A stretch of 64,000 nt of DNA, taken from contig CAVVTK010000009.1 of assembly GCA_963751095.1 (NCBI GenBank), positions 911-64,910 on the forward strand, read 5' to 3'. The DNA comes from an uncultured Holophagaceae bacterium. GTDB lineage: Bacteria > Acidobacteriota > Holophagae > Holophagales > Holophagaceae. Both the position numbers and the translations under genes were made by a program. Under the pieces are notes generated by a model. It searched no databases and had not been told where the DNA came from. It saw only the letters and a program-made list of their open reading frames with translations. Positions 9,278 to 19,426 of the stretch are shown here, piece by piece (the first letter of the stretch is position 1; the number at the start of each line of letters is the position of its first letter).

Positions 9278-9332
9278 GCGAGAGTCCTTGCCATTGGACA
9301 GTCCCTGGCCAATCCTGGACGCGGAGGTCGCC

Positions 9333-10391
9333 ATGGCCCGTGCCGCGTCCCGCAAGCCGCTCGAATCCCCGCGCCCCGACGGCGGCCACCTGGTGAAGCC
9401 GGAACGGCTCCAGCTGGTGCTGGAGGCCATTCGGGATGCCGGGGACCGCGGCATCACCAAGGAGAGCCTCGTCCGCCGGTTGGGGGGCGTGGCCTCGCGC
9501 ACCGTGGACCGGGCGGTGCAATTGCTGGAGGAGCAGGGCGCGCGCTTCGGCAAGGCCCGGCAGGGCCTCCCGGCCGTCATCCACTTCACGCTGGAGAAGG
9601 CCCCGGACTGGGACAGCAAGATCACCCCCCACGCCCGCCTGGCGCTGGAGGTGGCCCTCATGGCCCTGGAGGGCACGGCCACGGAGCTCTGGTTCGACCA
9701 GCTGGAGGGGCTGCGCACCCTGGCGGACAGCCACCTGAGCACCCGCGACCGGGACCTGTTCCGGGCCCTGCAGGAGCATGTCTGCGTGCGGGGGGGCGCC
9801 GACGACCAGCAGGCGCTCGACACGAAGATGCTCACCCAGGTGCTGCTGGCGCTTGGGCATCCCGACGGTCCGCGGGAACTCGAGCTCACCTACAAGGCCG
9901 CCTCCACGGGCCGCACGAGCGCCCGCACCGTGGTGCCCTTCACCCTCACCCATGATGTCTTTTCCGGCGGCGCCTTCCTGCTGGCCTGGGATCCCGCCAA
10001 GCAGGAACCCCGGCACTTCCGCCTGGCCCGCATCGAGGAGGCGAAGGCCCTGGCCCGGCGGGGCCTCATCCCCGACAAGCAGCCGCTGGAACAGGCCCGC
10101 GACCTGCAGATCGGCGGCTGGTACAGCCTCGCCGCGCTCTTCCGAATCCAGGTGCGCGTGTCCGGCACCAACTGGCCCCAGGCGCTGCTGGACGCCCCGC
10201 CCGCCCTGCCCGGCGTGGCAGTCCGCAAGGAAAGGGGTGGCACGGTTCTGCTCGCCTTCCAGGCCACTGAGCTGTCCGGGCCCACCCGCTTCATCCTCCA
10301 GTTCGGGGCGGATGCGGAGGTGCTGGAGCCCAAGTCCCTGAGGGAGCACGTGGGCAGGACTCTGATGGCCATGGCCAGAAAATACCGTTAA
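9333..10391 (+). CDS. HTH-WYL-WCX transcriptional regulator (YafY/PafB-like)
   Basis: N-terminal HTH (SRTVDRAV), RTVVP...FLLAWD...RHFRLARI WYL core, C-terminal FILQFGADAEVLEP.SLR; GGAGG RBS. Confidence 0.88.
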   Translation: MARAASRKPLESPRPDGGHLVKPERLQLVLEAIRDAGDRGITKESLVRRLGGVASRTVDRAVQLLEEQGARFGKARQGLPAVIHFTLEKAPDWDSKITPHARLALEVALMALEGTATELWFDQLEGLRTLADSHLSTRDRDLFRALQEHVCVRGGADDQQALDTKMLTQVLLALGHPDGPRELELTYKAASTGRTSARTVVPFTLTHDVFSGGAFLLAWDPAKQEPRHFRLARIEEAKALARRGLIPDKQPLEQARDLQIGGWYSLAALFRIQVRVSGTNWPQALLDAPPALPGVAVRKERGGTVLLAFQATELSGPTRFILQFGADAEVLEPKSLREHVGRTLMAMARKYR

Positions 10392-10428
10392 AGACACTCT
10401 GGCCTGGTGATTGGCCGAGGCGTATTCT

Positions 10429-10445
10429 GTGGCACCTTTTGTCAC
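10429..10445. promoter_or_regulatory. candidate operator palindrome upstream of the subtilase
   Basis: GTGGCA-CCTTT-TGTCAC imperfect inverted repeat between the WYL gene and the protease gene. Confidence 0.35.
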
Positions 10446-10476
10446 CAGCACCGCCAACCGTCGCCTGAGGCCCGCC

Positions 10477-12432
10477 ATGCCCCTGAGGACCAGCCTGAGG
10501 ATCGCCCTGACCGTGCTGTTCCTGCTGGGCGCGCCGGGGGTCGCCCAGGCGCAAGAGGCAGCTGCCTTATCGGAACCCGAGGACTCCTGGCTGCGCCTCG
10601 GGCCGCCCACGCGGTGGCCCGAGCTCGCCGGGGCGGACGAGCTTCAGGTCCAGGCTCCTTCGGCCTCGGTGAAACCTCCTCGCTCCCCGGCAAGTCCAGA
10701 ACCCTCGCGGTCCGGGACCTACTTCCCCTATGCCCTTGAGTTCAAGGATGCCGGGGCGCGGCAGCGGTTCGAGGCCTTCAGGTGGCCCAAGGTGTCCGCC
10801 TTTGATCGTTTCCTGGAAGTGCTCGTGCCCAAGGAGGACCGCCAGGCGTTGGAGGACCAGGCCAAGACCTTCAAGGATCTGGTCTGGATGGACCGGCTCT
10901 CAGGCGGCGTGTCCCCGCCTCCACCCCCAGCCGCGCCACGCCTGACCAGGGGCCCGGCCCGGAAGTCAGAAGCCATCGTGAGGGGAGGTCATCGAGGCCT
11001 GACCGGCAAGGGCGTGATCGTGGCCATCGTGGATACCGGGGTCGACTTCCGTAACCCCGATTTCATCACCCTGGACGGGCAGGGGCGGCCGGTGTCCCGC
11101 CTCCTCTATCTGTGGGACACCCGCTCGCAGGCCTTCGACCAGGGGAAGGGGGGCACCCGCCCACCCTTGGCCTACCCGAATGGCGCCAGCATCGGCACCC
11201 TCTACACCCAGGTCCAGCTGACGGCAGAGCTGCGCGCCTCCAGGCCCGTGATTGACACCACGGATGAGGACGGCCACGGCACCATGTGCGCGGGCGTCGC
11301 CGCGGGCAACGGGCGCAATGCGCCCGGTCGCCAGGAAGTGCGGGGCGTCGCCCCGGAAGCGGACCTGATCGCCGTCTGCGGACATTCGATTCTTCTCCTC
11401 AATGCCATCGTCGACTGGCTGGACAAGGTGCGCGGCAGCCGGCCCCTGGTCCTCTCCCACAGCATGGGGGGGCAGTGGGGTGGCCATGACGGAATGCTCG
11501 TTCGCGAGCGGGCCCTCAGCGCCCGGTTCCCTGCCGAGACCAGGGGCCGCGCCCTGGTGATCTCCGCAGGGAACGAGGGGAACCGCGATTCCCACGCAGT
11601 CCTCGACCTGCGTCCTGGCGGCCCTGGCAGCCTGCTGGCCTGGAAGGTTCCGGAAGGGGGTACGAGCCTCCGGCTCTACGTGGATACCCCGTCGCCGGAC
11701 GACCTTCGGATCGTCAACCGGAACGGCCAGGCCGTGGACACCGCTCGCATCTCCTGGAGCCCCTACCGAGGATCCGGCCAGATCCTGATTCAATGCCCTC
11801 TGAAGAGCGACGGCCAACTGCTGTTCAGCAGCGCCAAGGGCCGCCGGATCAGGATCGACGCGTATCTGGGCACTTCCCAGGGGGACGCGGATGGCGCCTT
11901 CACCACGGCTGTGACCCGTGAGGCCCTCGTCGGCACGCCTGGCACCACGGACCACGCGATCACCGTGGGAGCCTACATGTGGAACGAACAGTTCGACTAC
12001 CAGGGCAAGGCCTGCACGATGCCCAATGCCTGCGACGGCACGTCCCTGCGGATTGGCGATATCGCGTGCTACTCAAGCCCTGGCTTCAGCCGCTCGGGTG
12101 CGGTCAAGCCGGATCTCGCCGCCCCCTCGGACTATTTCACGGCGAGCCTCGCCAGGAAGGTATCTGGCGAAAGGGTCGGGGAGCATGGGTTCACCGACAC
12201 CTCTGGTGCGTATGTTTCCTTCAATGGCACCAGTGCCGCCACACCCTACGTGGCTGGCGTGATCGCCCTGCTCTTCCAGAAGAACCCCAGGCTGGACCTG
12301 GGCACGCTCAGAGCCATGCTCGCCACGCATGTCACCCGGGATGGCTTCACCGGGGACACCCCCAATCCCCGCTGGGGCCATGGCAAGCTGGACCTGGCTG
12401 CCGTGGACCGGCTCATCGACGCCGCCCGCTAG
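10477..12432 (+). CDS. secreted S8 subtilase (CspA-like, with inserted beta domain)
   Basis: Signal peptide; catalytic VAIVDTG, GHGTMCAG, SAGNEG and FNGTSAATP motifs. Confidence 0.9.
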   Translation: MPLRTSLRIALTVLFLLGAPGVAQAQEAAALSEPEDSWLRLGPPTRWPELAGADELQVQAPSASVKPPRSPASPEPSRSGTYFPYALEFKDAGARQRFEAFRWPKVSAFDRFLEVLVPKEDRQALEDQAKTFKDLVWMDRLSGGVSPPPPPAAPRLTRGPARKSEAIVRGGHRGLTGKGVIVAIVDTGVDFRNPDFITLDGQGRPVSRLLYLWDTRSQAFDQGKGGTRPPLAYPNGASIGTLYTQVQLTAELRASRPVIDTTDEDGHGTMCAGVAAGNGRNAPGRQEVRGVAPEADLIAVCGHSILLLNAIVDWLDKVRGSRPLVLSHSMGGQWGGHDGMLVRERALSARFPAETRGRALVISAGNEGNRDSHAVLDLRPGGPGSLLAWKVPEGGTSLRLYVDTPSPDDLRIVNRNGQAVDTARISWSPYRGSGQILIQCPLKSDGQLLFSSAKGRRIRIDAYLGTSQGDADGAFTTAVTREALVGTPGTTDHAITVGAYMWNEQFDYQGKACTMPNACDGTSLRIGDIACYSSPGFSRSGAVKPDLAAPSDYFTASLARKVSGERVGEHGFTDTSGAYVSFNGTSAATPYVAGVIALLFQKNPRLDLGTLRAMLATHVTRDGFTGDTPNPRWGHGKLDLAAVDRLIDAAR

Positions 12433-12440
12433 GAGCTCCC

Positions 12441-13037
12441 ATGCGACTGTCCTTCCTTGGTCTGTTCTGTTGCCTGGCCCTGAGCGGCCTCTCCGCCGGA
12501 GAGCCGCAAGTCCCCGACTGTCTATCACCGGGAACCTCCGGCAAGGACCAGACGCCCTTCTTCCTCTGCCTCAACGTCCGCCGCGAAGGCTGCGAGGAGC
12601 TGTTGCGGAAGATGCAGGCGGAGTGCGGGCAGGAGTCCGCCAAGTACAAGATCGCCTTCGAGCGCTACCTGGCGCTGCGGACCCGGGCCAATCTGCTGAT
12701 TGACACGGTCGCCTCCGACCTGCGGCAGGGCCGCCGCACCAAGGGGGATGCCTACCTGAAGGCCATGGTCGAGGTCTCCGATGCCGTCAGGGAATTCGAG
12801 GGCACTGACAAGGGCCTTACCTGCGAAGGGAACCCCACCCGCATCCTGGCCATCCTGGCGCCGCTGGTCACCACAGCGCTCTCGGAGAAAGTGCAGGAAT
12901 GGGTGAAGAATTGGATCTCCGGGAAGAAGGAAGAACGGGAGGCTCGCGCCACTGAACTGGCCGCCCAGCGCTGGAAGGCACCCAGCGAGCTGGAGGTGCC
13001 CTTCCCAGGCAAACCCACGACCGCTGCCGCGAAATGA
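12441..13037 (+). CDS. secreted alpha-helical hypothetical protein
   Basis: AGGAG RBS; signal peptide MRLSFLGLFCCLALSGLSA; 198 aa, Cys-containing. Confidence 0.7.
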   Translation: MRLSFLGLFCCLALSGLSAGEPQVPDCLSPGTSGKDQTPFFLCLNVRREGCEELLRKMQAECGQESAKYKIAFERYLALRTRANLLIDTVASDLRQGRRTKGDAYLKAMVEVSDAVREFEGTDKGLTCEGNPTRILAILAPLVTTALSEKVQEWVKNWISGKKEEREARATELAAQRWKAPSELEVPFPGKPTTAAAK

Positions 13038-13044
13038 GCCGGTC

Positions 13045-14604
13045 CTAACGCTTGACCTCCCCGGCCCGGCGATAGGACAGCAGCTCGCGGTGCACGTCGA
13101 TGGTGGGATGGTCCGAGGCGTCCTTGCGCCAAGTGGTCTCCCGCACCTTGATGAACGTCGCCGGGTCCACCCAGTACGTGGTGCCGCCGGGCGAGTGCAC
13201 GCTGGTCTTGGAGACACCCTCCACCCTGAAGGCCAGGACGTTCCCCTGGGGCCCTTCCACAGACTCCTGGCCCACAACCCGCAGATCCCAGGAGATCCGC
13301 CTGCGCCGGAGTTTGGAAACCTCCTCGGGCACCAGCCAGAACTCGCTGATCCACCGCTTGCCGAGACTCAGATCGGCCGGAACCTGGACCCAAGGCAGGC
13401 TGCGCCGGGCTCCCGTGTTGTCACTCAGCAAGTTGCCCAGCTGGTCCCAGCTCTGCTGCTTGACGACCTTCACCTGGCCATCCGGCCGCAGGAAGGACAC
13501 CTTTAGGTCCACCCGGTCGTCCGAGGCCTTGAGCACCTCGTAGACCACGCGGCCCCGGAACCGATTCGGAGCCTTCCAGGTCTCCTGGTATTCCAGGATG
13601 TCGCCGACCCGGAAACGGTTGGTCCCCGAAGGCAGCACCGGCACAGATCCAGGCCGGGCCTGAGGCTGTACGGTCACCTTCTGCATCTGATCAAGCCTGA
13701 ACTGGGCCAGCTCGCTGAAGGGGCCACTGGGGTGGCTCGCGAGGAAAGTGATCAGCGACTCGGGGCTGTTGCTCTTCTCCACCTGGCCCCACTGGGCGAC
13801 CTGCTGGTCCAGCCTGGCGTCTCGTTCCGAATCGGTGAGGGGCTCCCCCTTGCCGGGAAGAAAGTAGAAGTCATCCTCCAGGCTTGTGCTCTCCCATGGG
13901 ATCTGGCGCCCCGAGCTATCCCTCCGGACCCCGAGGCGGACCCGCTTCAGGATGTCCTCGATCCGGGTTCCGGGGCGGGCAAGTTCTTCCAGCAGGTAGC
14001 CCGTGTAGAGGCCGTTGCCCAGGCTGCCGTCGTCGGCCACATGGCCCGGAGCCGTGGCATAGGCCAGGAGGGTTCCAGCGGGTGCGTCCATCGGGGCCAG
14101 ACCCGAACCCGTGGTGGCCTGGCGGAAGGGATTGTCGCGGCAGGCATCCAGCACCAGGATGATGCGCCGCGAGCCGGCTTTCCGGAAAGCCTCCACCACG
14201 GTGCCCAGGTCCAGCGTGGTGGCCCGGGCCTCGGCCGCGGAAGAGGGACTGGCATCCACGGGGATGAGGTAGTTCCGCCAGTCCACCTGGATGCCGTGGC
14301 CAGCATAGTAGAAGACGGCCATCGCCTGGCGGCCGGTCATGCGGCCCGCCGCCGTGGCCAGGGCCGCCTGCATGGACTCGCGGGTGGCATCGAGCCTCTC
14401 CACCACCTCGAACCCGGCCCCCTGCAGGAAGCGGGTCATCGCCTTCGCATCGTTCAAGGGGTTGGCGAGGACCGCCCCCGGATAGGCCGCGTTGCCGATC
14501 ACCAGGGCGACCCGGGCCTCCAGGACTCCCGGTGCAGGGGCCGTCTGGGCGAGGAGGCTCGCGCCGACGACCAGGCCCGCCCAAAGGCAGAGAGGGACAG
14601 TCAT
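13045..14604 (-). CDS. secreted caspase-family (C14) protease with C-terminal beta domain
   Basis: RVALVIGN..Y, FYYAGHG (His) and LDACRDNP (Cys) motifs; signal peptide. Confidence 0.9.
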   Translation of the reverse strand: MTVPLCLWAGLVVGASLLAQTAPAPGVLEARVALVIGNAAYPGAVLANPLNDAKAMTRFLQGAGFEVVERLDATRESMQAALATAAGRMTGRQAMAVFYYAGHGIQVDWRNYLIPVDASPSSAAEARATTLDLGTVVEAFRKAGSRRIILVLDACRDNPFRQATTGSGLAPMDAPAGTLLAYATAPGHVADDGSLGNGLYTGYLLEELARPGTRIEDILKRVRLGVRRDSSGRQIPWESTSLEDDFYFLPGKGEPLTDSERDARLDQQVAQWGQVEKSNSPESLITFLASHPSGPFSELAQFRLDQMQKVTVQPQARPGSVPVLPSGTNRFRVGDILEYQETWKAPNRFRGRVVYEVLKASDDRVDLKVSFLRPDGQVKVVKQQSWDQLGNLLSDNTGARRSLPWVQVPADLSLGKRWISEFWLVPEEVSKLRRRRISWDLRVVGQESVEGPQGNVLAFRVEGVSKTSVHSPGGTTYWVDPATFIKVRETTWRKDASDHPTIDVHRELLSYRRAGEVKR

Positions 14605-14691
14605 GGCCGGGCCCAAGGGTGCATCGCACCTCAAGAAAGAAGTGCCCCAGCTTCGCCCCGGGAGCACCGCGGGTCAAGCCCCTGGAGGAAC

Positions 14692-15504
14692 TCAGTCCAG
14701 CGTGATGGCGCCGTTCACGGTCTCGATGTCGATGCCCTGATCGCTGCCGGGGAAGACGGCGGTGACGCGGTGCTTCTTCACCTCGACCTGCTCGGCGCCC
14801 TTGGCGTTGAAGGAGATGCCGCCGTTGACCGTGCTGGCCTTCAGGCGGCCCTTCATGCCGCCCACCTGGAGGTGGATGGAGCCGTTCACGGTCTCGGCCT
14901 TGATGCCCTGGCCCTGGCCGTCCAGGCCCGAGCCCTTGATGGCGCCGTTGACGGTCTGCAGGTTCAGGCTGCCCTTCACCTGATCGAGGTTGATGCTGCC
15001 GTTCACGGTCTCGGCCTTCAGGTGCTCCTGCAGGTTGGAGGCGCGGATGCCGCCGTTCACCGTGCTGAGGACGGCCTTGCCCTGGGTGCCGCTGACGCTG
15101 ACCTCCCCGTTCACGGTCTCGATCGTGGGCGTCACGCGGCGGGGCACCTTGAGGGTCATCTGGCACTGGGGCCCTTGGTACGAACCCCAGCCGGTGTGCT
15201 TGGGATACTCGCCCCGGATCTCCAGGCTGCCGTGGCCGGCCTCCATCACCACCTTCACCTGCTCGTCCTTGCTGCTGGGCTTGAACTCGCCCGTGAACTG
15301 GACCTCGTCGCGATCCCAGGCCTCCACGCGGATGAAGCCGTTCACGTTCTTCACCTTCAGGGTGGAGCCCGAGGCCAGCGGCAGCGTGCGCGTCTCGGTG
15401 GTCTTCTCCGCCTTGGCGGGCTGGATCACCTGGGACTGGGCCGCCAGCGAGGCGCAGAGGATAACGGCAGCGACAGCCGCGGCGAGGGGTCGGGCGAGGG
15501 CCAT
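14692..15504 (-). CDS. DUF4097-family beta-strand repeat protein
   Basis: Repeated (E/S)TVNG(S/G)I motifs; signal peptide. Confidence 0.85.
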   Translation of the reverse strand: MALARPLAAAVAAVILCASLAAQSQVIQPAKAEKTTETRTLPLASGSTLKVKNVNGFIRVEAWDRDEVQFTGEFKPSSKDEQVKVVMEAGHGSLEIRGEYPKHTGWGSYQGPQCQMTLKVPRRVTPTIETVNGEVSVSGTQGKAVLSTVNGGIRASNLQEHLKAETVNGSINLDQVKGSLNLQTVNGAIKGSGLDGQGQGIKAETVNGSIHLQVGGMKGRLKASTVNGGISFNAKGAEQVEVKKHRVTAVFPGSDQGIDIETVNGAITLD

Positions 15505-15603
15505 GGGAGCCTCCTGGATGTCAGAGATCGTGCGTGGGCTACGAGACATGTCGGAGGGCGTTTAGGGGGAGGGGCGCGGCGTTTGCCTGCCCCTCCCGGG
15601 AAG

Positions 15604-18484
15604 CTAGAACTTCAACCCCGTGCTGAGATACATCCGCCGGGCCCGCCCGTAGTTGGTGGGGCCAGCTGCTCCGAAACCCGCGTTCGGGGCGAAGGGGGTG
15701 CTGTTGGGATCGCCGGCGGCCAGGGCCGCGTAGCCGGTACCGAAGGTCGCCTGCTGCTGGTGGTTGAAGACGTTCTCCACCACTGCCTTCACGTAGGCAC
15801 TGACCTTCCGGCCATTGCCGAAGGCCAGGAGCCGGAAGTCCTGCTGCACGCTGAGGTCCAGGTAGTACTGGGCGTGGTAGGTCCCGTCGCCCCGCTGGTT
15901 GTTCCGGGTACTGGTAGAGGCGCAGCCCGGCGGCCTGGGGATCGATGGCGGGGTTGAGGCTGCTGGGATCGGTGATGACCCGGAGGTGGCTGTAGGTCTG
16001 GGGGCCGTCGTAGCTGAACAGCAGGCCGGTGGTGAGCTCGCCCAGGGGGTTGGTCCAGCGGGCGATGGTGTTGATGCGGGAGCGCAGAGGCACGTGGCCC
16101 AGCAGATAGCCATAAGGATTCGTCACGGCGGGGTCGTACATCGAGACGCCGTTCTGCACCGTGAACCAGTCGTAGCCCGCGCCGGACCCGGGTGCGCCCT
16201 TCACTTCACCCTCGTAGTTGCCCTTCAGGCGGCTCAGCACGAGGTTGCCGCTCACCGTGTAGCGGCCCTTGGCGAGGGCGCCTTCCAGCTCCACGCTGCG
16301 GTAGTCGCGCTTGGCGCCGGGCTCGTTGTGCCAGTAGGTGATGTAGAGGGGACTGCCGCCGCCCGGATTGGCCACGGTGCCGTCGTTTCCGGCCCGGAGA
16401 TCGATGAGGTGGTTCCAGGTCTTGCTGATGAAGGTGGCCTTCAGGTAGCCCTCGCCCAAGGTCTTGTGCTTGAAGTTGTGGAGGGCGCTGAGCTGCACCT
16501 CGTCCACGGTCTGGGCCTGCAGGTTGGGATCGACCTTGATGTTGACGGCGGCATCCGTGTAGGACTGCGGCACAGGATCGTAGTTCGCGGGATTGGCCAG
16601 GGCCGAGAAGGGCTGAACGCCCGCGGGCCCGTTGTAGTTGAAGGTCGCGGCGATGGGGTTGTTCACGTAGGTGGCCACACTCAGCTGGATCTCCAGCGGC
16701 TTGCCGTTGTAGCGACTGAAGGCCGCGCCCAGAATCCAGGCGCTGTCGCCCAGGATGTCGTAGTTCACGCCCAGCCGGGGCGAGAGGGCGTTGTTCGAGG
16801 CCGTGGTCCGCTTCAGGGCCCGGTCCTCGGCGGTGTACTTGTCCCAGCGCAGGCCCAGGTTGGCGTTCCAGTGCTTGTTCACGGACCACTTGTCGTTGAT
16901 GTAGAGGGAGTGCTGCTCGGTCCCCGCCTCTCCAGGCTGGGTCAGGTAGCTGAAGGTGGTGGCGCCATCGGTGTTGACCGTGCCGTTGGCGAGGTCGAGG
17001 CCGCTGGCGTTCACGTAGGAGTTCCAGACCTTGCCGCCGATGAGGAGGTCGAAGGGCGTCTGGGCCCCGGAGGCCTTGGTGGTACCGCGGTAGTAGTCCC
17101 AGCCCAGGTCGAGCTGGTGGCTGCTGTCGGCGCTGGAGGCGAAGTACGAGAACTTCAGGTTGGCGGTCTGGTTGTTCCGGACATCCCCGGGGTCCCGGGG
17201 ATCGAAGTAGCCCGCCCGGTAGAAGTAGCCGTCATCGTTGTTGAAGATGGGCAGCGCCACGTTGTTGGAGCCCACGGCGATGGTCTGGTCCTTCTTCCCG
17301 ACTTTGAGGGACATGGTGAGCACGTCGGTGAGGAGGCTGCGCAGCTGCAGGCCGTAGATCTCCTGGGTGAAGCGCCGCGTGCTGAAGTGGCCGTCGCCGC
17401 TGCCCACGTAGTCGATGTTCGCGAAGGTCTCGTTGTAGCCGTGGTAGGTCCCTACCAGCGTGTGCCGGTCAGTGATGGCCCAGGTGAGCTTCAGCTGCCG
17501 GCGGATGTCCTTGATGTTTTCCGTGTAGGGCGCGCCCACCGGGGCGCCGAGGGCCGCCTGGTCCGTGGGCAGGCTCTGGGCGTTGTCGCGGGCCAGGCTG
17601 AAGTAGCTGGTGTAGAACCAGAGCTTGGACTTCACAATGGGGCCGCCCACCTGGAACATCTTCTCCTGGTTGATCCGGTCGGAGAAGGAACTGGCATCCT
17701 CGCCGCGACGGGCGGCCTTCCAGCGGTCGCTGCTGAGGTCCCAGCGCAGCTGGGCGGTGAACTCGTCGCCGCCGGACTTCGTGATGGTGTTCACCACGCC
17801 ACCCTCCACGTCGCCGAACTCGGCGGGGATGGCGCCCGTGATCACCTGGGTCTCCTCGATGGCGTCGGTGACGAACTTGGCGCGGGGGCCGTTGTAGACG
17901 TTGTCCGCGTAGTTCTGGCCGTCCAGCAGCCAGAGGTTGCCCGTGCCCTGGCTGCCGCGGATCTGCATGCCGCCGCGGTCCTGGTTCAGGTTCTCCACCA
18001 CACCCGGCGCCATGAGGGCCACGTTCAGCGGGTTGCGGTCCACCGGCAGGGCATCGATGGCCTCCTTCGAGAAGTTGGTGGAGGTCTTGAACTCCGTCTT
18101 GTCCTGCTGGACGGAGGAGGCCACCACCTCGACGGTGGTGCCCGCCTCCTTAGAGAGCGTGAAGCGGCTGTTGAGGTTCTGCTCAAGACCCAGCCGCTCC
18201 TCGCGGCTGACGGTGGTGAAGCCGGCCTTGGACAGGCTGATGCGGTAGAGGCCCGGGGGCAGCAGTCGCGCGGCGAAGCGGCCACCGGCATCGGTGACCA
18301 CCACGCGAACGCCCTGCAGCGAGGGGCTGCTGAGGCGCACCTCCACGCCCGCCATGGGCGCGTCCGCGGCGTCTACCACCTGGCCCACGAGGCTGGCGGT
18401 CTGGGTGCCCTGGGCCAGGCCCTGGATCTGCCCGGCGGCAAGAAGGGCGGCCACGCGGCCGAAACTGAGCAGGGTGTGTCTCAT
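15604..18484 (-). pseudogene. TonB-dependent receptor (Oar-like) with a +1 frameshift near 15906-15908
   Basis: Carboxypeptidase-regulatory-like N-terminus, plug and barrel. The C-terminus ending LKF lies in another frame; total length 2881 = 3n+1. Confidence 0.8.
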
Positions 18485-18648
18485 GGCGACCTCCCAAAGG
18501 TGGTTGAGACAGGAAACCTGCGATCCAAACCGTCCCTCTGGAAGGCTTTAGGGGCGAGGCCCACCAGCGCGGGACGAGCCGTGGCCCGGCAGGGGGGAAC
18601 CGCCGGAACCTCCAGGAGGCCGCTATACTCAGCCCTTCCGGAGCGTCC

Positions 18649-18909
18649 ATGTCCCAGTCCATCGACCGTCCCGAGCTCAGCGCCGCCGAGTGGAAGCTCA
18701 TCCAGGATCTGCGCGCCCTGCCTGATGAGCCCCTGCGCAGCCGCGTCCACGCCTCCCTGGGCGAGCTGCTCTACTTCTTCCAGAACCCCAAGTGCCAGGG
18801 CGTCGGCGTGGATGGCTTCCCCTGCGGCACCCCCCGCTCCTCCTGCGATGACTGCCACGCGATCTGGGATGCGCTGGACAAGGTGGCGGAGCGGGTGAAG
18901 AAGGGCTGA
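18649..18909 (+). CDS. small Cys-motif hypothetical protein
   Basis: GGAG RBS, host-like codon usage; C-x8-C-x6-C-x2-C. Confidence 0.7.
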   Translation: MSQSIDRPELSAAEWKLIQDLRALPDEPLRSRVHASLGELLYFFQNPKCQGVGVDGFPCGTPRSSCDDCHAIWDALDKVAERVKKG

Positions 18910-18916
18910 GCAGGCC

Positions 18917-19384
18917 CTACGCCTTCGCCAACCACCGGTCCCCGAAGTTCACCAGCACGGCGCCGAGCAGGAGGAGGAGCGCCCCGGCCACGCGAATCCA
19001 GGAGATGTCGCGCACGGGCAGGCCCAGCAGGCCGAAGCGGTCGAAGAGCAGGGAGGAGACCACCTGCCCCGCCACGATGAGCGAGATCATGGCCGCCATG
19101 CCGATGCGCGGCGCCAGCAGGGTCGAGCCGAACACGAAGAAGGCGCCCAGCACGCCGCCCAGCCACTCCCACCAGGCGATGCGCGGCAGGCCCGCCAGGG
19201 TGTGGATGGGCTGGCCGGTGGCCACGCAGGTGAGCGCCAGGGCCACGGTCCCCACGGCGAAGGAGACCAGGGCCGCGAGCAGGGAGCCGCTGCCCAGCGT
19301 CTGCCGCAGCGAGTTGTTCACGGCGGACTGGAGGGGAATCACCAGGCCGATGACGAAGGCCATGAGCAGCAGGAGCAGAACCAT
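18917..19384 (-). CDS. DMT family inner membrane transporter (YdcZ-like)
   Basis: Q.AVN..L, SF.VG, WW...GG.LGA and GQ...SLL.D.FG motifs. Confidence 0.85.
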   Translation of the reverse strand: MVLLLLLMAFVIGLVIPLQSAVNNSLRQTLGSGSLLAALVSFAVGTVALALTCVATGQPIHTLAGLPRIAWWEWLGGVLGAFFVFGSTLLAPRIGMAAMISLIVAGQVVSSLLFDRFGLLGLPVRDISWIRVAGALLLLLGAVLVNFGDRWLAKA

Positions 19385-19426
19385 CCAGGCACCTCGTCGG
19401 GAAGCGCCGATGGTACCCCTAGTCGC

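Noticed and set aside
15899-18898. 999-aa plus-strand ORF and other long antisense ORFs (e.g. 5150-6874, 13732-15957, 37541-38896)
   Set aside because: Shadow ORFs opposite well-supported genes, expected from high GC3 codon bias
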